From Octopus sinensis (taxonomy: Eukaryota), in NCBI RefSeq assembly GCF_006345805.1, contig NC_043000.1:13020001-13084000 (forward strand): 64,000 nt of DNA. The letters are read 5' to 3'. The notes beneath the pieces were generated by a model that made no database searches, was not told the origin of the DNA, and was given only the letters and a program-made list of their open reading frames with translations. Shown piece after piece: positions 37,278-52,000 of this stretch. The stretch's first letter is position 1. The number at the start of each line of letters is the position of its first letter. The position numbers and the translations under genes were made by a program.

Positions 37278-37454
37278 TAGATATAGATATATATATGTAT
37301 ATATTAGAAGAAATAAGGTACTCAGAAATCTGGATGGTTTTATATTTACAGATATTTATTAATATGTCACATGTTTTTATAAATCATATATTAGCACTTG
37401 CATCTACTCCAGTAGAATCTCCAGATTATAATACCTGTACATCAGCTCCAAATA

Positions 37455-37495
<41 letters not shown>

Positions 37496-37499
37496 TTGT

Positions 37500-38160
37500 C
37501 ATCATCATCATCATCATCGTTTTATGTCTGTTTTCCATGCTAGCATGGGTTGGACGGTTCGACCGCGGTCTGGGAAGCCAGGAGGCTGCACCAGTCTGAT
37601 CTGGCAGTGTTTCTACAGCTGGATGCTCTTCCTAATGCCAACCACTCCGTGAGTGTAGTGGGCGCTTTTTACTTGCCACCGGCACAGGTGCCAGGGGAGG
37701 CTGGCAACAGCCGCGTTCGGTTGGTACTTTTTACATGCCACCGGCATGGAAGCCAGTCAAGGCAGCGCTGGCATTGGCCACGTTTGGATAGTGCTTTTTA
37801 TGTGCCACCGGCACAGGTATCACAACTACAATTTCTATTTGATTTTTATTTTGATGTTGATGTACTTGACTCAATAGGTCTCCTCAAGCACAGTAGGTCG
37901 CCCTACAATCCAAGGTAAGCACAGCAGGCCATCCTGCGATCCAAGGTACTTTGGTTGGGCTGGGGCTGCTATGTGAAGCTGGTGCAGGATACAGCCATGA
38001 ACTCATGTTATTTGTCGGGTCTTTGCAATCACAGCATATCTCCAGAGATCTCGGTCTTTCATCATTGCCTCTGTGAGGCCCAATGTTCGAAGGTCATGCT
38101 TGACCACCTCATCCCATGTCTTCCTGGGTCTACTTCTACCCAGATTCCATCAACTGGTGC
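37500..38160 (-). mobile_element. SINE family C / LINE-tail-like copy
   Basis: Shares blocks with 2185-2860 and 42130-42620 (TGTGAGGCCCAA...CCCATGTCTTCCTGGGT). Confidence 0.75.
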
Positions 38161-39725
38161 CAAGCTTTGCCTTTCCCTTGGATAACATTGGTGGCATGGA
38201 GAGGGGAGGCTGGTATGCATGGGCGACTGCTGGTCTTCCATAAACAACCTTGCGCAGACTTGTGCCTTGGAGGGTAACTTTGTAGGTGCAATCCCATGGT
38301 CATTCATGACCGAAGGGGGTCACACACACACACACATCATCATCATTATTTAACATCCATTTTCTATGTTAGCGTGGATTGGGTGGTTTGACTAAAAACT
38401 GGTAAGCTAGGGAGCTGCACTAGGTCCCAAACTGATTTGGTATGGCTGGATGCCCTTCCTATATGAATATGGTTGAGTTAATTATAATTTTATTCAACAT
38501 ATTCTCCACTCAGATTCACACACTTATTGCAGTGGTCGTTCAGTTTTTCTAAGCCTTGTAAAATAACTTAGTAGGTTGGGCCTCCAACCAAGCCTTTCAC
38601 TATACCCTTTGAGCCAGGAACTTTTCAGTATCACTTATATAAACAAAGAGTCTATATATATAGATAAAACTTAGAAAAGGATGCATAGCGTTTGATCATA
38701 TATATATATATATATATGTAAGATGCAGGTGCTTCCCTTGCATATTGTTTTGGGTTCAGTCCCACTGTGTGGCACCTTGAGCAATTGTCTTCCACTGTAT
38801 CCCTGGACCAGCTATAGCTTTGTGAGTGAGTTTTGCAGAAAGAAACTAAAAGGTGTCCATTGTGTGCATTTGTGCATGCATGTACATGTGTGTGTATGCA
38901 TGCATTTGTTTGTGCACTCAAAAACAGGTACCTTATTTGGAAACAGGTGAGGATTGACAACGGGAAGGGCATCTGGCCATTAAAAAATCTACTCCAACAA
39001 ATTCTGTTTGCCCCACATAAACATGAAAAAGTGAATGTCAAAACAATTATGACGACGACGATGATGATGGTAATGATGATTGTGGTAATGATGGTGATGA
39101 TGATATATCAATAGCCATGTTAAAAAAGTTCCTAAACAGGTGGTACAGCAGTGCAGCAATCTAAAATCCGGTTGCATATAGCTTGGATTAGAAAACATGC
39201 CACACAACTATTCTTTTATATTATGTCTGCAGACAAATATTTGGTTTTTTTTCTCACTCCTATCATCACTATTTTAGCATTGATAAGACTGAAGATTTGT
39301 ACATTTAAATACACAATCGACGATGACGATGATGATGATGATGGCAACAAAAGCAGTGGTTGCAACAATGGCAGTGATGATTATGATGATATATTTCTTT
39401 CAATGTGTTGTTAATCTTAATATACCACCTAATATCACTGCAGCTGTCAGAAGAGGAGGAGGGGAGATTTCTATGGCTTTTTTTTTCAGAATTTCATAGT
39501 GCTTCTTAATTGACAAGACAGAGATATGCAGGGTAAATGTTTAGTTGAAATTCTGGAGATAAGGATTGAGGTGGGAAGAGAAGCCAAGTGTAATGTACCA
39601 TCAACTGTTGCAGAGGAATAGAAGCAATGGAAGAAACAGAGGGGTGGTGCAGTTTTTTGGTATTGGTGAGGGAAGGCTTGCTTATTAGTAATTAGTGTCT
39701 TGGATACCATCAAAATTGTATGTAT

Positions 39726-40195
39726 AGGCACTGGTGTGGCTGTGTGGTAAATAAGCTTGCTTATAACCATGTAGTCCTGGATTCAATCCTACCATGTGAC
39801 ATTTTGGGTGAATGTCTCATACTATAGCCCTGGGTTGACCAAAGCCTTGTGAATGGGTGGATTTGTTTGACAGAAATTGGAAGAATCCCATTATATGTAT
39901 ATGTATGTATATACATATGTGTGTGCATGCGTGTATGTGTGTGTGTGTGTGTGCATCTGTGTACACTTGTCTTGAAATCATGTAATGGTTGTAAACGAGC
40001 ATCACTGTCATACAAGCAAGGTTGGTCATTGCCAGTCTTCTATGAAAAACATATCTGGTCATGGAGCTATTTTACCTAGCCTGAAAACAGGTGAGGTTTG
40101 GTAACAGGAAGGGCATCCAGCTATAGAAACTTTGCTTTAACAAATTCTGTTTGACCCATGCAAGCATGGAAAGATGTGTACTAAAAGATGATGAT
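39726..40195 (+). mobile_element. Composite SINE: family B head, (TG)n, then a family C-like 3' end
   Basis: Same organisation at 38724-39105 (+) and 46468-46910 (-). Confidence 0.75.
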
Positions 40196-40341
40196 GCATG
40201 CATTGTCCTTTGATGTCCTGTAGAACTTAAAAAACAAACATCTTTTCCTCTGCTGTATATTTTATGTTAGTTTTGTGGTTACATGTACTATGATATAAGA
40301 ACTGGAAATATATTATATAGGTAGCATACAAATTTGTTTAA

Positions 40342-40561
40342 CCCTTTCATTACTGTATTTATTTTGAGATGTTCTGTGTTTCTTTCAATTACTTTAAATA
40401 TAACAAAGAATTTAGAAAAATCACTTAGTTATCATTCAGCTAGTATTATGAACGTAAATTGTGACTAAGGTTTGGTGGAAGATTTTACTTTAAAACTTAT
40501 GTAAACAAGACATTTGTACTCAGAACCAGAGCCGGTTTCAGCCGGGTTGGTAACGAAAGGG
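40342..40561. mobile_element. piggyBac-type MITE
   Basis: TTAA|CCCTTTCATTAC ... GTAACGAAAGGG|TTAA (12-bp TIR, 1 mismatch). Confidence 0.85.
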
Positions 40562-41004
40562 TTAAAGGGAGATATAATTGCAATATTACCTAATTAATGA
40601 CTTAGTTATTTTAATTTAATTGGATTCATTAAATTTGAGGTAAATGATTCATACCACTTGTGGTATATCCATATAACCTGTCTTTATTGAATATGTAAAC
40701 AGAGAGAGAGAGAGAGGGTGGGGCAAGAATGATAGAAACATTGAACCATCTCATGTCAAATAAGTCAGCATCAAATCAGTGATGCCAAATAGACACTACC
40801 AAAAACAGCTGTGCCAATACATCTCATGTCCTGTATGAATGTATATATGTATCTGTATATATAAATACTACCCAGGATAGGGGATTAGCAGAAGAACTAG
40901 TAGTGCTTTGGACAAAAGGATTTGCAGTATCTGTTCTTTGTGTTCTGACACTAATATCTGCAATGTCTACAATGACGCTAAGGCCAAACAGTATTGGCTT
41001 TAAG

Positions 41005-41225
41005 ATAGCGGACTCTGCTCTATCTTGGACTTCTTGATTGGAGACTCTGTCCTGCCAGCAGATGCCCATTATTGTGCACAGTGATCTTGTATGGAACTGT
41101 TCCAACTATGTGATATGCCGGCAGTTTGGAGTCTATGTTTCACAACCGTACAGTAGTGTGGAGAGAATGACAGCTTTGTATATCTTGAGTTTTGTGGACA
41201 GCTTCTAGCTTTTCCGTTGCAGTAT
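41005..41225 (-). mobile_element. RTE-clade LINE ORF fragment
   Basis: LEQFHTRSLCTIMGICWQDRVSNQEVQDRA matches the RTE/BovB L..FH.R.LR.I..I.WQD.V.N.EVL.RA motif. Confidence 0.8.
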
Positions 41226-42865
41226 CTGTCTGTCTGTCCGTCTAATTTGCACATTACAAATACAATCTGTAATCAGAACAGTTAAAATATGGAAAACTTT
41301 TCTCAAGTTTAAAATGGAAGTTTTTTTTTTTTTCTACATTCCAGTAATTGATGCAGCTATCTATCTCTGTTAAAAACTAACTTTTTCCTAACAGGAAGAT
41401 GTCAAATAATTATAAACAGAAGAAAGCATACATAAATATGTATGCATGTTGAGTAGAGTGGAAGAGGTTACACTGTCTCAAGTTCAGAGGATTCACCATT
41501 ATCATTGATATCAATTTGGTACTTCTGTACTATCATTAGGAAAACAAATCCAAAACACAGTTACCAATTACTTGGCTCAATCCTACATAGAATATTTTGT
41601 GGATGGTTTATTCATGCCAATACATTGATTTTTAAACTCATTGTCTATAATTGTCAGCAATTATTTTAATTTCTACTCCATCATGTAACTTGTTGCTTAA
41701 GCTAATCTTGGCTTTGAATTTCATCATGAAAATTAATGTCTTCTGACAATAACCAGGTGTGTTGTGTGTGGTGTGTGTGTGTGTGTGTAAGAATTAATTA
41801 TTGCTCTGTCATTTGACATAAGTGTAACCCAAGTTGTGATTTCTTGTACAGCTGTTGTAAAGATTTAATCAATAGAGTTGACTTTAGCTATTTATGCTTC
41901 GTAAACTCTATAATTTATGCTAGTGGGTGTATATGTTAATGTGTGTGTATGTGTGTGTGTGGGGGGGGGGTAGGAGCAGATGTATATGCTTGGGTTTGGG
42001 TTCTGTTATGATTTAGTTGGAGAGATGAGCAGTACCCATGACAATTGTAGGTCCTTTATATCTTAAATGATGATGATGATGACACACACACACATACATA
42101 CATACATACATACAAACATACATGTATGCCATCATCATCATCATTTAATATCCGGTCACCTTGTTGCCATGATTTGGACGGTTTGACATGAAGCTGGCTA
42201 GCAGGGAGCCGTTCGGAGTCCCAGCTGTCTATTGTGGTATTGTTTCTATGGCTTGGTGTGCCTCCTAATGCTAACCACTTAACAGAGTGTGCTGGGTGCT
42301 TTTTACATGTCACCGTCATGGGTGCATTTATGCAGCATCAGCAAGGGTGCATTAATGCAACATTGGCGTGAGTGCCTTTTAAGTGGAACTGGCACCTGAA
42401 AGGATAAGCCTGTATATGTGGCAGACTGCGATTTTACTTAGCTTGACAACTCTTATCAAGTACAGCGAGTCACCACATCTCCCAGTTCCTTGTTATTTCC
42501 TCAGTGAGGCCCAGCATCTGAAGATCCATTCTTACCACTTTGTTCTATGTCTTCCTAGGTTTACCCCTTCCACAGGTACTCTCCACAGTTAGAGCTCAGT
42601 CCTTCTTTATGCAGCTATCCCCGAACATATGTAAAGATTGATATATGCTTTTATTTTGTTTTATTGTAAACTCTTTTATTTTAACCTTAATTGAATTTTC
42701 TAAAATATTTTTCCAATGTATTTATGAAAGTGACTTAGCTTTACCAAAATGTTCAGCTACCTTTACCCTTTATAAGTATTTATTATTACCCATCCCCAAG
42801 GTAGTAATCTGATAGAACCATTAGCTTGCTGGACAAACTGCTTAGGGGTATTTTGTCTGTCTTTA

Positions 42866-43082
42866 CAAGGGGGTGTTGAAAAGTGTCTGGCTTTGGGTAA
42901 CAGAAAATACTGAAGGATCTGTTAACTATGATTTTATTCAACGTATTCCCCTATCAGATGCACTTACTTATTGCAGCAGTCTATAAGATTTTCTAAGCTC
43001 TGTAAAAGTACTTGGAAGGTTGGTCCTCTGGCCAGGCCTTTCATGACACCCTTAAAACCAGGAACTTTTCAGCACCCCCTTG
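42866..43082. mobile_element. Mariner-type MITE nested in a family A SINE
   Basis: TA|CAAGGGGGTGTTGAAAAGTGTCTGG ... CCAGGAACTTTTCAGCACCCCCTTG|TA; SINE sequence resumes on both sides. Related copies at 43660-43862 and 38470-38637. Confidence 0.88.
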
Positions 43083-43659
43083 TACATACTGAGCTTAAAT
43101 TTCACCAAGGTCGATTTTACCTTTCATCCTTTCAATGTTGATAAAATAAGTACCAGTTGAGTACAAGGGTAGATATAATCAACTGTCTGTCTCCCCCACC
43201 AAAATTTCATACATTGGGCCTAGAGTAGAAAGGGTTGTTATCTATCCCAAAGGTGGTGAGCTGTTAGAATCTTTAACAAACCAGATAAAATACTTTGTGG
43301 CATTTCTTCTGGGTTGATGAAATAAGTGCCAACTGAGCACTAGGGTGGGTCAATGAATTCAACTAGCTCCTTACCCAAAATTTCAGGCCTTGTACCTATA
43401 GTAGAAAGAATTATTATCTGTTCTTACTGCTTTCTGTACTTTTCATTTCTCCACTTTGCTTTTCAATAATCTATCTTCTATCCTTCTTCTTTTTTTCCTA
43501 ACTTAATCCATATACTAACATATCTTTCTAGTGTCCTTGCACCCTCACCTCACAATCACTCTTTCATTCACCTTTCATGTCTTTTCATCTCATCTCCTCT
43601 CTCTTTTAAGTTCATTTTATTGTCTTATACCTTCTCTTCCTTCTCCTCTTATAAGCATG

Positions 43660-43862
43660 CAAGGGATTGCTGAAAAGTTCCTGGCTTTGGGTAGAAAGAA
43701 ATACAGGAGGCTTCGTTAATTATGATTTTATCCAACATATTCCCCTCTCAGATTCACACACTTATTGCAGCGGTCCTTCAGTTTTTCTAAGCCCTGTAAA
43801 AGAACTCAGAAAGTTGGGCCTCCAACCAGGCCTTTTGCCAAAAACTTTTCCGCACCTCCTCA
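43660..43862. mobile_element. Mariner-type MITE copy
   Basis: Internal match to 42866-43082 (CAGATTCACACACTTATTGCAG). Confidence 0.75.
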
Positions 43863-44827
43863 TATATTCCCACTTGACACTAAAACATCTTTATAAAACA
43901 CCTACTAAAGATGCCTTAAAATGTAGCACTTCACACTATCTTTTCTCCTTTTTTTCTTTCTTAATGTTTCCCCTTCTGCTTTTATTTTTAGTATTTTAGT
44001 ATGTTTTCTTTCTCTTACGTCTCTACTTTACTTTTTTAATTTGGTTACTTTCTTTTTCATTCCTTTTCTTTCTCTGTATTCTCTCGTTGTGTATTTACTC
44101 TATCTTTTTCTTATGTATAATATCTGGCTCAACCATCTACTAATTTTTATAAGCTTTACTTTGGCCAAAATTTTTTAACTCTACCAACCCATGGAATTTT
44201 CTTTTGAAATAATGATGTGATATTGTTTTTAATTAGTGAAAAAATTGTCATGTTCTTGAGCAAAATACTTTATTTCATGTTGCTCCAGTTCACTCAGCTG
44301 TAGAAATGAGTTGCGACATCACTGGTGCTAAGCTGTATTAGTGGAAAATGTCTTGTGGTAATTGTTCCAGCTCTATACATTTTGAGTTCAAATCCCACTG
44401 AGATCAATGTTGTCTTTCATCTCTCTGCGTACGACTTAAAAGGATTAAAGGCAAAACTGACTTCTGCAGGATTTGAGTTCAGAATGCAAAGAGGTGTGAC
44501 TAAATATCAAACCCTGTGACTTTTAGTAATAACAATAATCAAATAATAATAATGATGTCAATAAGCATAAAATGGTTATAATTACATAATTTTGCTCCAA
44601 ATTCAGTATCGGTACATATTAGTGCATAAACTTCTACCAATATTGAGCCATTGCTTAATCTTTGTATTTCCTAAAAAACAAATCTCATTTTCTTTTATCT
44701 CCTTTATCAAGAATAGAAGTATGTCAAAAAATGTTGAGATCAATAGTTTCTTGCAAATTATTTATTGTTGATTGAGTCAATTAAATACAGATGTTACATA
44801 CAAAACAAAAAAATCTCTATTGTTATA

Positions 44828-45150
44828 AACACCCACAAAGTTATCAACCACCTCATCAACAACAACACTGAACACCTTTTTGATCTCCATGTGTCTAACA
44901 CACGTGGACATGCCTACAAAGTCAGAAAACAACACAGCTCCCATGACTTTCGGAAACATTTTTTCACGCTCAGAATTGCTGAAGCATGGAATAAACTGTC
45001 TGCGTCAGTTGTTGACTGCCATGACACTGCATCCTTTAAGGCCCTCATGCTTTCCGAAATCCACCGAAACTACACCTGATTATATATACACTTTAGATGA
45101 GTTGTAGTGCACCTGAGCACTGTACACAATTATTATTATTATTATTATTA
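44828..45150 (+). mobile_element. CR1-clade LINE 3' fragment
   Basis: Near-identical to the reverse complement of about 29742-30060; (ATT)n tail. Confidence 0.9.
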
Positions 45151-45702
45151 TATAAACAAAAATTGCAGCAATGATTGTAAATTGGTAAAGTGTTAGACAA
45201 CACTCCTTGTGGTATTTAGCTATGTCCCTTTATATTGTGGTTTCAAATTCTGTTAGGGCTGATAAATAAGTCAAATACTGGGGGTCAATATAATTGACTG
45301 TTCTTTCATCAATAATCTGAGTCCAGTAGCATATGCCAGATGAAAGTGCATTACCTAATGTTTAGGGTGTTGCACTCACAAACATAATATTGTGGTTTCA
45401 ATTCCCAGACTGAGCAGTGCATTGTGTTCTTGATCAAAACACTTCATTTTTCATTGCTCCAGTCCACTCAACTGTAAATGAGTACCAGCATTAACTGAAA
45501 TGTTAACCTTGTGACAGACCAGCATCCATTTCAGAGAGGGGAGTTGTAATCTCAGTCATTTATACATCATGGAAATTAGGTCAAATTCTGGTTTTATGAG
45601 TCTGAGTTATCATGATAGACCTAACTGTATGTTAAAAATCAGTATTTGAAATAGTACAGTGACTATATATACCGTGTGGTAATTAGTTATGTCGATTTAA
45701 GA

Positions 45703-46014
45703 CAGTAGCTGCCAAAGTGGGTGGTAGTGTTCCCCCTGGGGGCAGTGGAAAATTCGAAGTGGGTGTTGAAGAAAAGTGGGGTGATAATGAGGTAACAATT
45801 CATGTAAAAATTGGGTCAATAATGGGGTGGTGATTCATGTAAAAACAACAAAATAATGAGTTCATTAGGTTTAAGTTTTATTTGTTAAATACTGTTGCTT
45901 TGAATTTGCTTCAGAAAGTGGTCTATGTTTGTGAGGGTTAGTTGGGGTGCGGTCACTAGGAATGTGGCCTGGGTGTCAAGGGGGCGGCAACCCGAAAAAG
46001 TTTGGGAACCACTG
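45703..46014. mobile_element. hAT (Charlie-like) MITE
   Basis: 8-bp TSD ATTTAAGA at 45695-45702 and 46015-46022; ends CAGTAGCTGCCAAA / TTTGGGAACCACTG. Confidence 0.9.
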
Positions 46015-47319
46015 ATTTAAGATGTTTGACTTAGCGGTTACTAGGCCATGAGTTTGATTCCCGGTAGTGTATTGTCCTTGAGCAAGCCACTTTATTTCAT
46101 GTTGTTCCAGTTAAATCACTGGCAAAAATGAGTTATACTTGTAGTTCAGTTGGATAGCCTTGTCCCTTTCTGTGTCTTTCTGAATCTCCCTGAGAACTAC
46201 ATTAAGGATACATATGTCTGTGGAATGCTCAGCCACTAGTACATTAATTTCATGAGCAGTCTGTTCTGGTGATCAAATCAACTAGAACACTCTTTGTCAC
46301 AATTGATGGAGTATCCAACCTTTTAAGCCCAGTGTTTAAATCCTACAAAAGTTGACATTAGCTTTTAACTTTCTGGAGTCAATAAAATAAATCCAAGAAA
46401 TACTGCAGTCAGTTAAATCAACTGTTTCCTCCCCCAAAATGTGTAGTGATGTGCCTATATTAGACAATCATCATCATCATCATCATCATCATCCTGACAT
46501 CCACTTTTTCACGCTTGCGTGGAGTTTGTTGAAGCAGATTTTCTTTGGCTGAATGCTCTTCCTGTTACCAACCTTCCTTTGTTTCCAAGCAAACTAATAT
46601 TTCACCATGGCCAGACATGTTTTCACAGAAGAGTGGATATGGTCAACACTGCTTGTCTGACAGTGATACTCATTTGTAACTATCATACAAAGTCAAGACA
46701 AGGAGCCACAAACATACACATATTTACACATACATAAACATATATATTCATATATGATAAGCTTCCACACAATATATATCCACCAAATTCACTCTCAAGG
46801 CTTTGGCTGATCTGGGGCTATAATAGAAAACATTTGTACAAGATGCTATACTGTGGGACTGAACCCAGAACCATGTGGTTAGGAAGCAAACTTAACCACA
46901 CAGCCATGACTATACCTTAGAAATCAATATTATTTCTTTGGTTCCTGAGAAACTTTAAACCCTTAATTGTAGCCATGCTGGAGCACTATTAAAACACAGA
47001 TCTTACTTGCATTTGTTTGTTTGTTTGTTTTGCCCTGTATTACATTTGGTGTTGTTACTGTTGCTGAAACAGGATTATTTAAGGCAGTGAATCTAAGACA
47101 AAACTGTAATAACATTGGATGCCTTGTGGTATTGTTCTGGTTCTTTGCATCCTGAATCCAAATCCCACCATGGCCTACCTGTGTGGTAAACTTAATCTGT
47201 TGCCTGGTTGAACAACCACCACCAGGTACTGTGGGTACCTTTAGTAGAGTTTTTTTTAACAAGAGTAGCATATCATTACTAATAATAGTTAAAAAGACAA
47301 ATCTATGTTGTATGTCTTC

Positions 47320-47720
47320 AGGCATGGCTGTGCGATAAGAACTTAGTTTGCTTCAGAACCATATGGTTCTGGGTTCACTTCTACTGAATGGTACCTTGGG
47401 TAAATGTTTCTACTATAGCTTTCAGGCTGACCAAAGGCTTGTGAGAGGATTTGGTAGATGGAAATTGAAAGAAACCCATCGTGTGTGTGTGTGTGTATAT
47501 GTCTCCCCACCTCTCTCTATATATATTTGTGTGAGTGTCTTTGCGCATGTCCCCTTACCTCTTTGTCAACGGGTTTTGGTTTGTTTACATCCCTGTAACT
47601 TAGTGGTTTGGCAAAGAGACCAATAGATTTAGTACCAGACTTTAAAAAATAAGTACTGGGTATTAAAGCAGCGCTCCAGCATGGCCACAGTCCAGTGAGT
47701 GAAACAAGTACGATATAAAA
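47320..47720 (+). mobile_element. SINE family B copy
   Basis: Similarity to 31018-31397. Confidence 0.8.
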
Positions 47721-48948
47721 GATATGATTAAATAGATATAAAACTTTTGGCAGTTGATAATGTCTGCTACTCTTACTATTACTGCTGCTACAATGGTTTC
47801 TTAATTAGCAAGCAACTATTGTGTCCATAAAACATTTCAAAAAAGCAAAAAACCTGATAAGTTAATGGCTCAATCAGGAATTGAAATTTCACTATAAATA
47901 AAATAATGAAAATGTCTGAAGGACATTCAACAGCTTCAATTTCATGCCACACCATATAACGCTGTGAAGCAATAATTGCCTTACCTATTAAACCAACAGT
48001 TTAGCTGCTTAACCATACAACCAGTTGTGCAGAACATTTATAATGAATGTGTAACTTGTCATTCTACTAGTTATGTATACAATGGTATAGTAACCCTGAA
48101 AATTGTAATTAGTCATTGTGAAATTCCACTGCTTGTTCTCCAATTGCAAATTAACAATTACTAAATTATTGCACACTTACAGCAGTAACTCAGATATCAT
48201 GTATAGCAATTACTACCAGCTTTTAACAGAACAGTTAGCAAAAACTATTTTTTTTTTAATATGCCATAGTTTTGTTGAGTCACATCTAGTCTTGTTGGTT
48301 GAGTGCTTGCATACTAAGCTGAGAAGTTGACAGGTCATATCCCATCATCTGCTAAACAGTCTCTTGGTCCACCATAGAAGGAATTGCTTCTTTTTCCTTC
48401 ACATTTTTTCTATTGCTTTTTTTTTAATGTTTACTCTTCTTATTTTTGTGGTGATGGTCATGATGGAAATTAAAGCAAACTGAATCAGTGACATTCATTT
48501 AAATATCTGATCCTCACATCAAGAGTAGCAAGTTCCATCTAATCTAATCTATTCTAATCTAATGCTCTAGGGAACAGCACAAATATTGCAATATTCCAAA
48601 GTCTCTTTCCATCAATCTGATACTCATTTTCAAATGATTTTATCAATATATTCATTTGAAACATCATTAGATTAAATTAGTGATGTGAATAACATTTATA
48701 ATGCTGTGACACTGGTCTGTCTGAGAGACTGGTGTGTATTTTAACATACAAGTCTCTTTAGGAAGTTTCTCTGAGACAAAATATTATAGCTCTATTTTTC
48801 CATCCTCTTAAGTATATGAACTGAGATCAGTTCAGCCAGTTGTACTGACCCACCAAACTGAAGGGCCTTTTGCTTGTTACAAACCATTATTATTGCAAAT
48901 ATTCTTTAGTATAATTATATATATGTATATTTTCTTTCCTTTTTTCAG

Positions 48949-49089
48949 CAATTATCCCATAAACCATGGTGGAAAGCCAATTTTTTCATCTCAGAACCCA
49001 TTCTATTTGGGACTTGGGATGGTGTTTTTACATCCTGTCTTATCAACTTACTTGGAGTTGTTATCTTTCTGCGAATGGGATGGATTGTG
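48949..49089 (+). CDS. SLC12A8: SLC12A8 coding exon 2 ([47 protein letters not shown])
   Basis: tttttcAG acceptor, GTAAG donor, 141 nt. PWWK...[12 protein letters not shown]...FLRxGW is the SLC12A8 TM1 signature. This frame is missing from the ORF track. Confidence 0.95.
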
Positions 49090-52000
49090 GTAAGATTGGT
49101 TTCTTTACTTCTATAAATTTGTCACATCTCTCAGGTACAAATGTGGATGTGTATTTGAGAAGTTCACTTCATAACCACTTGTTTTCAGGTTTCATCTGAT
49201 TGCTTGGTACCTTGCATAAGTATTTTCTTCTGTAGCCTCATGAGTGTAATTTAGTACATGGAAACTGTACTAAAGCCTATCATATGTGTCTGTGTCTGTG
49301 TTTGTGTGTGCATACATGTGTTGGTATTTTGTGTGTTCATATTAACACCAACCTAAAAAAAAAACAGTGTTGTTGTTTCTATGGTCCCTTTTATGTCCCT
49401 TAACTTTGCAGTTCAATAAAAAGCAATCAATAAGATATTATAACCAGTATACTATAACCAGTATACTATAACCAGTATAAAATTTTTTTTAAAAATTAAT
49501 GACAACTAAACATCATGACACATGAGAATGATCTCTCTATTCATAATGGTTGTAGTTAGTCTTTTCTTATGATACTACAAAGTATTGTTGATCTATAATC
49601 AGAGCTATCTTACATTAAGAGGTATGGGATGTTGGAAAGGAGCAATGTTTTGGTAGGGTTCTTGCTAATTCCTTCTCAGGACAGCTCATCAGTCAGTAGC
49701 TACCACCACACATTCATGACTCACTTGTAGCCCCATAAACTGTATCAGTCTACTACCTCCTGTGCACAGGCATTAGCTGGCTGGTTAGAGTAAGATGAAA
49801 GTAACGGATGGGTTTTAAACATATGAAATTCTTCAGGTGATTGTGAAGAATAGATTTCTAGCAGATATTGCAGAGGAAACTCAGCCACTGGTGGTCAAAC
49901 TTCAACTGTTGAAGAGACAATACTTACCAACATCAAAGTGAGATGCATACTTTAGAGAGGCATGCCTATTGCCTTGATCATCCTACTGAATCCCTTGTGT
50001 ATCTCTAGTTGTCTCAGCTCACCTTGTCACTGGGCCAGGAAGTCAGGAATGAATGAATGAGGCTGTCTGTCCAGCACAGCTCTCTTTTATTATAATCCCA
50101 AGTCTATCACAAGTAATATAAGTAGTAGCAGGTGCAATTTTCTGGTCACTATGCAACTGTATCCTTCATTGCTGATGCTCTTTTAAGAAATGCTGCTAGT
50201 AGTTAAAAGCTGCCATTTTGGTCATCTTCAAAAGGAAAGGATGACCAAGAAATTAAAGAGATCATTAATAGCTCAGTAGACAAGATATTAAACCAGCTGC
50301 TCATATGAGTTCAAATTAGCTTCAAGTATTTCATTATGTTTCTGAACAGAATACTTTATTTTATATTACCTCATCTCACCTGTCAAGGATATTATACAGG
50401 AATCCTGTCTTGAAAGAGATTTATCTTTCATTAGCTTAAAAAACCTAAACTACAAGCTTGGGAGGTTTTCACATTCTTTACATTATAATTTTTTTTTCTA
50501 CTACAGGCTTGAAATTTTGATAGAAGGGAAAAATCAATTTACACTGACCCCAATATTCAACTGGTCTTTATTTTATTAACCCTGAAAGAATGAAAGGCAA
50601 AATCAACCTTGGCTGTATTTGAACTCAGAATGTAAAAAGCTGGAAGAAATACTGCTGAGAATTTTGTCCAGCATGTTAACGATTCTGCCAACTCACTGCT
50701 TTTCTTTACATTGTAATGTATTGTAATATAATTTGAGTTGAATACAAATATCTATCATGACCGAAGTACACAGAATAATTTCCCAAATACTTTAGTCAAT
50801 AGACAGTTTTTACTACTTTGCTTTTTCATAACACCAGGATCAATCCCATTTGACAAAAATTAAACAGAACTTGCATAATTATTTCATTATTTTAGCTCTG
50901 ACTCTTTGTTCAGCTGTAGCATGATTTATAACTATCATTAATCATTTGTTAATCAGAACAGCACTGTTCAAACTCATGTAACCATTTAATATCAATATCT
51001 ATTAGCTGACAGGGAAGTTTCAAAAATGATTGAACGATGGACTTAAAATGTCTTGCAGTATTTAATTTTGTGTCTTTACATTCAGTTTAAATTCTGTTGT
51101 CACTGACTTTGCCTTTCATTCTTTTGAGATAAAATAAATACCAGATAATTACTTGGATCAATTTAAATTTATTATGCTTCTCCTTTAACAACTTGTGGTC
51201 TTTGTTGGTACTTCCCTATTATTGATAGTCAATTTTAGATTTACTAAAGGATTAATAAATAAGAAATCAACTATTACAGGTGTAATAATTGATCAATGAC
51301 TTTCAGAATAGCTATCACTACCTCATGGAGAAAGAAAAAGATAAAGAATTGGGAGATTGTTTCCAGCTGTAAAAGAACTTTTTAATATTTATCATTTTCA
51401 CCATCCATTTTCATACACTTTTCTGGTAAATTTTTACCGGTACTTTACTCCTTGAGGTAATGATAACTATTATTCTGAAAACCTGCCAATCATCTATTAC
51501 ACCCATCTCACAAGTGAAATAGTTTATTTATTAATCCTTTAATAAAAAGAAAAAATAGGAAAGTACCCTTTTGTCAATGTGTTAAACCAATACATGTTAC
51601 TTTATGGTATTTACCCTATAACCAAGAAAATCAATCACATTAAATGTATGTCTGAAAAATGGAATTATAATTGTTTTTTCCTTGTGCACTGCTATCCTGT
51701 CTTATGGTGGCTTTTATGGCTTTATTAATATTATTTATTCAGAACCAGAACTGCAATGGTTTAAAACCTTCTCAATGACTAAGAAATATATTAAATATTT
51801 CTGTGATGTCTCAATTGTGAATATGAGTTATTATTAAACGATGATGATGATGATGATGATGATACAACCATGATGATGATGATGATGATGACTGTATAAT
51901 ACAAAGACACATGCGAATAATTTTCTCCTCTTAATCATCTCCTTCTACACAAAGCTATGGATTTTAAGAGTAAAATATAAGTCCAGTAACATGGAGTCAA

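Noticed and set aside
48893-49199. Two ORF-track proteins overlapping exon 2
   Set aside because: Wrong frames; the third frame gives the SLC12A8 TM1 sequence.
49640-49700. Minus-strand CTGATGA-gct...agc hammerhead candidate
   Set aside because: Followed by AAGAA rather than GAAA, with no convincing stem I or III.
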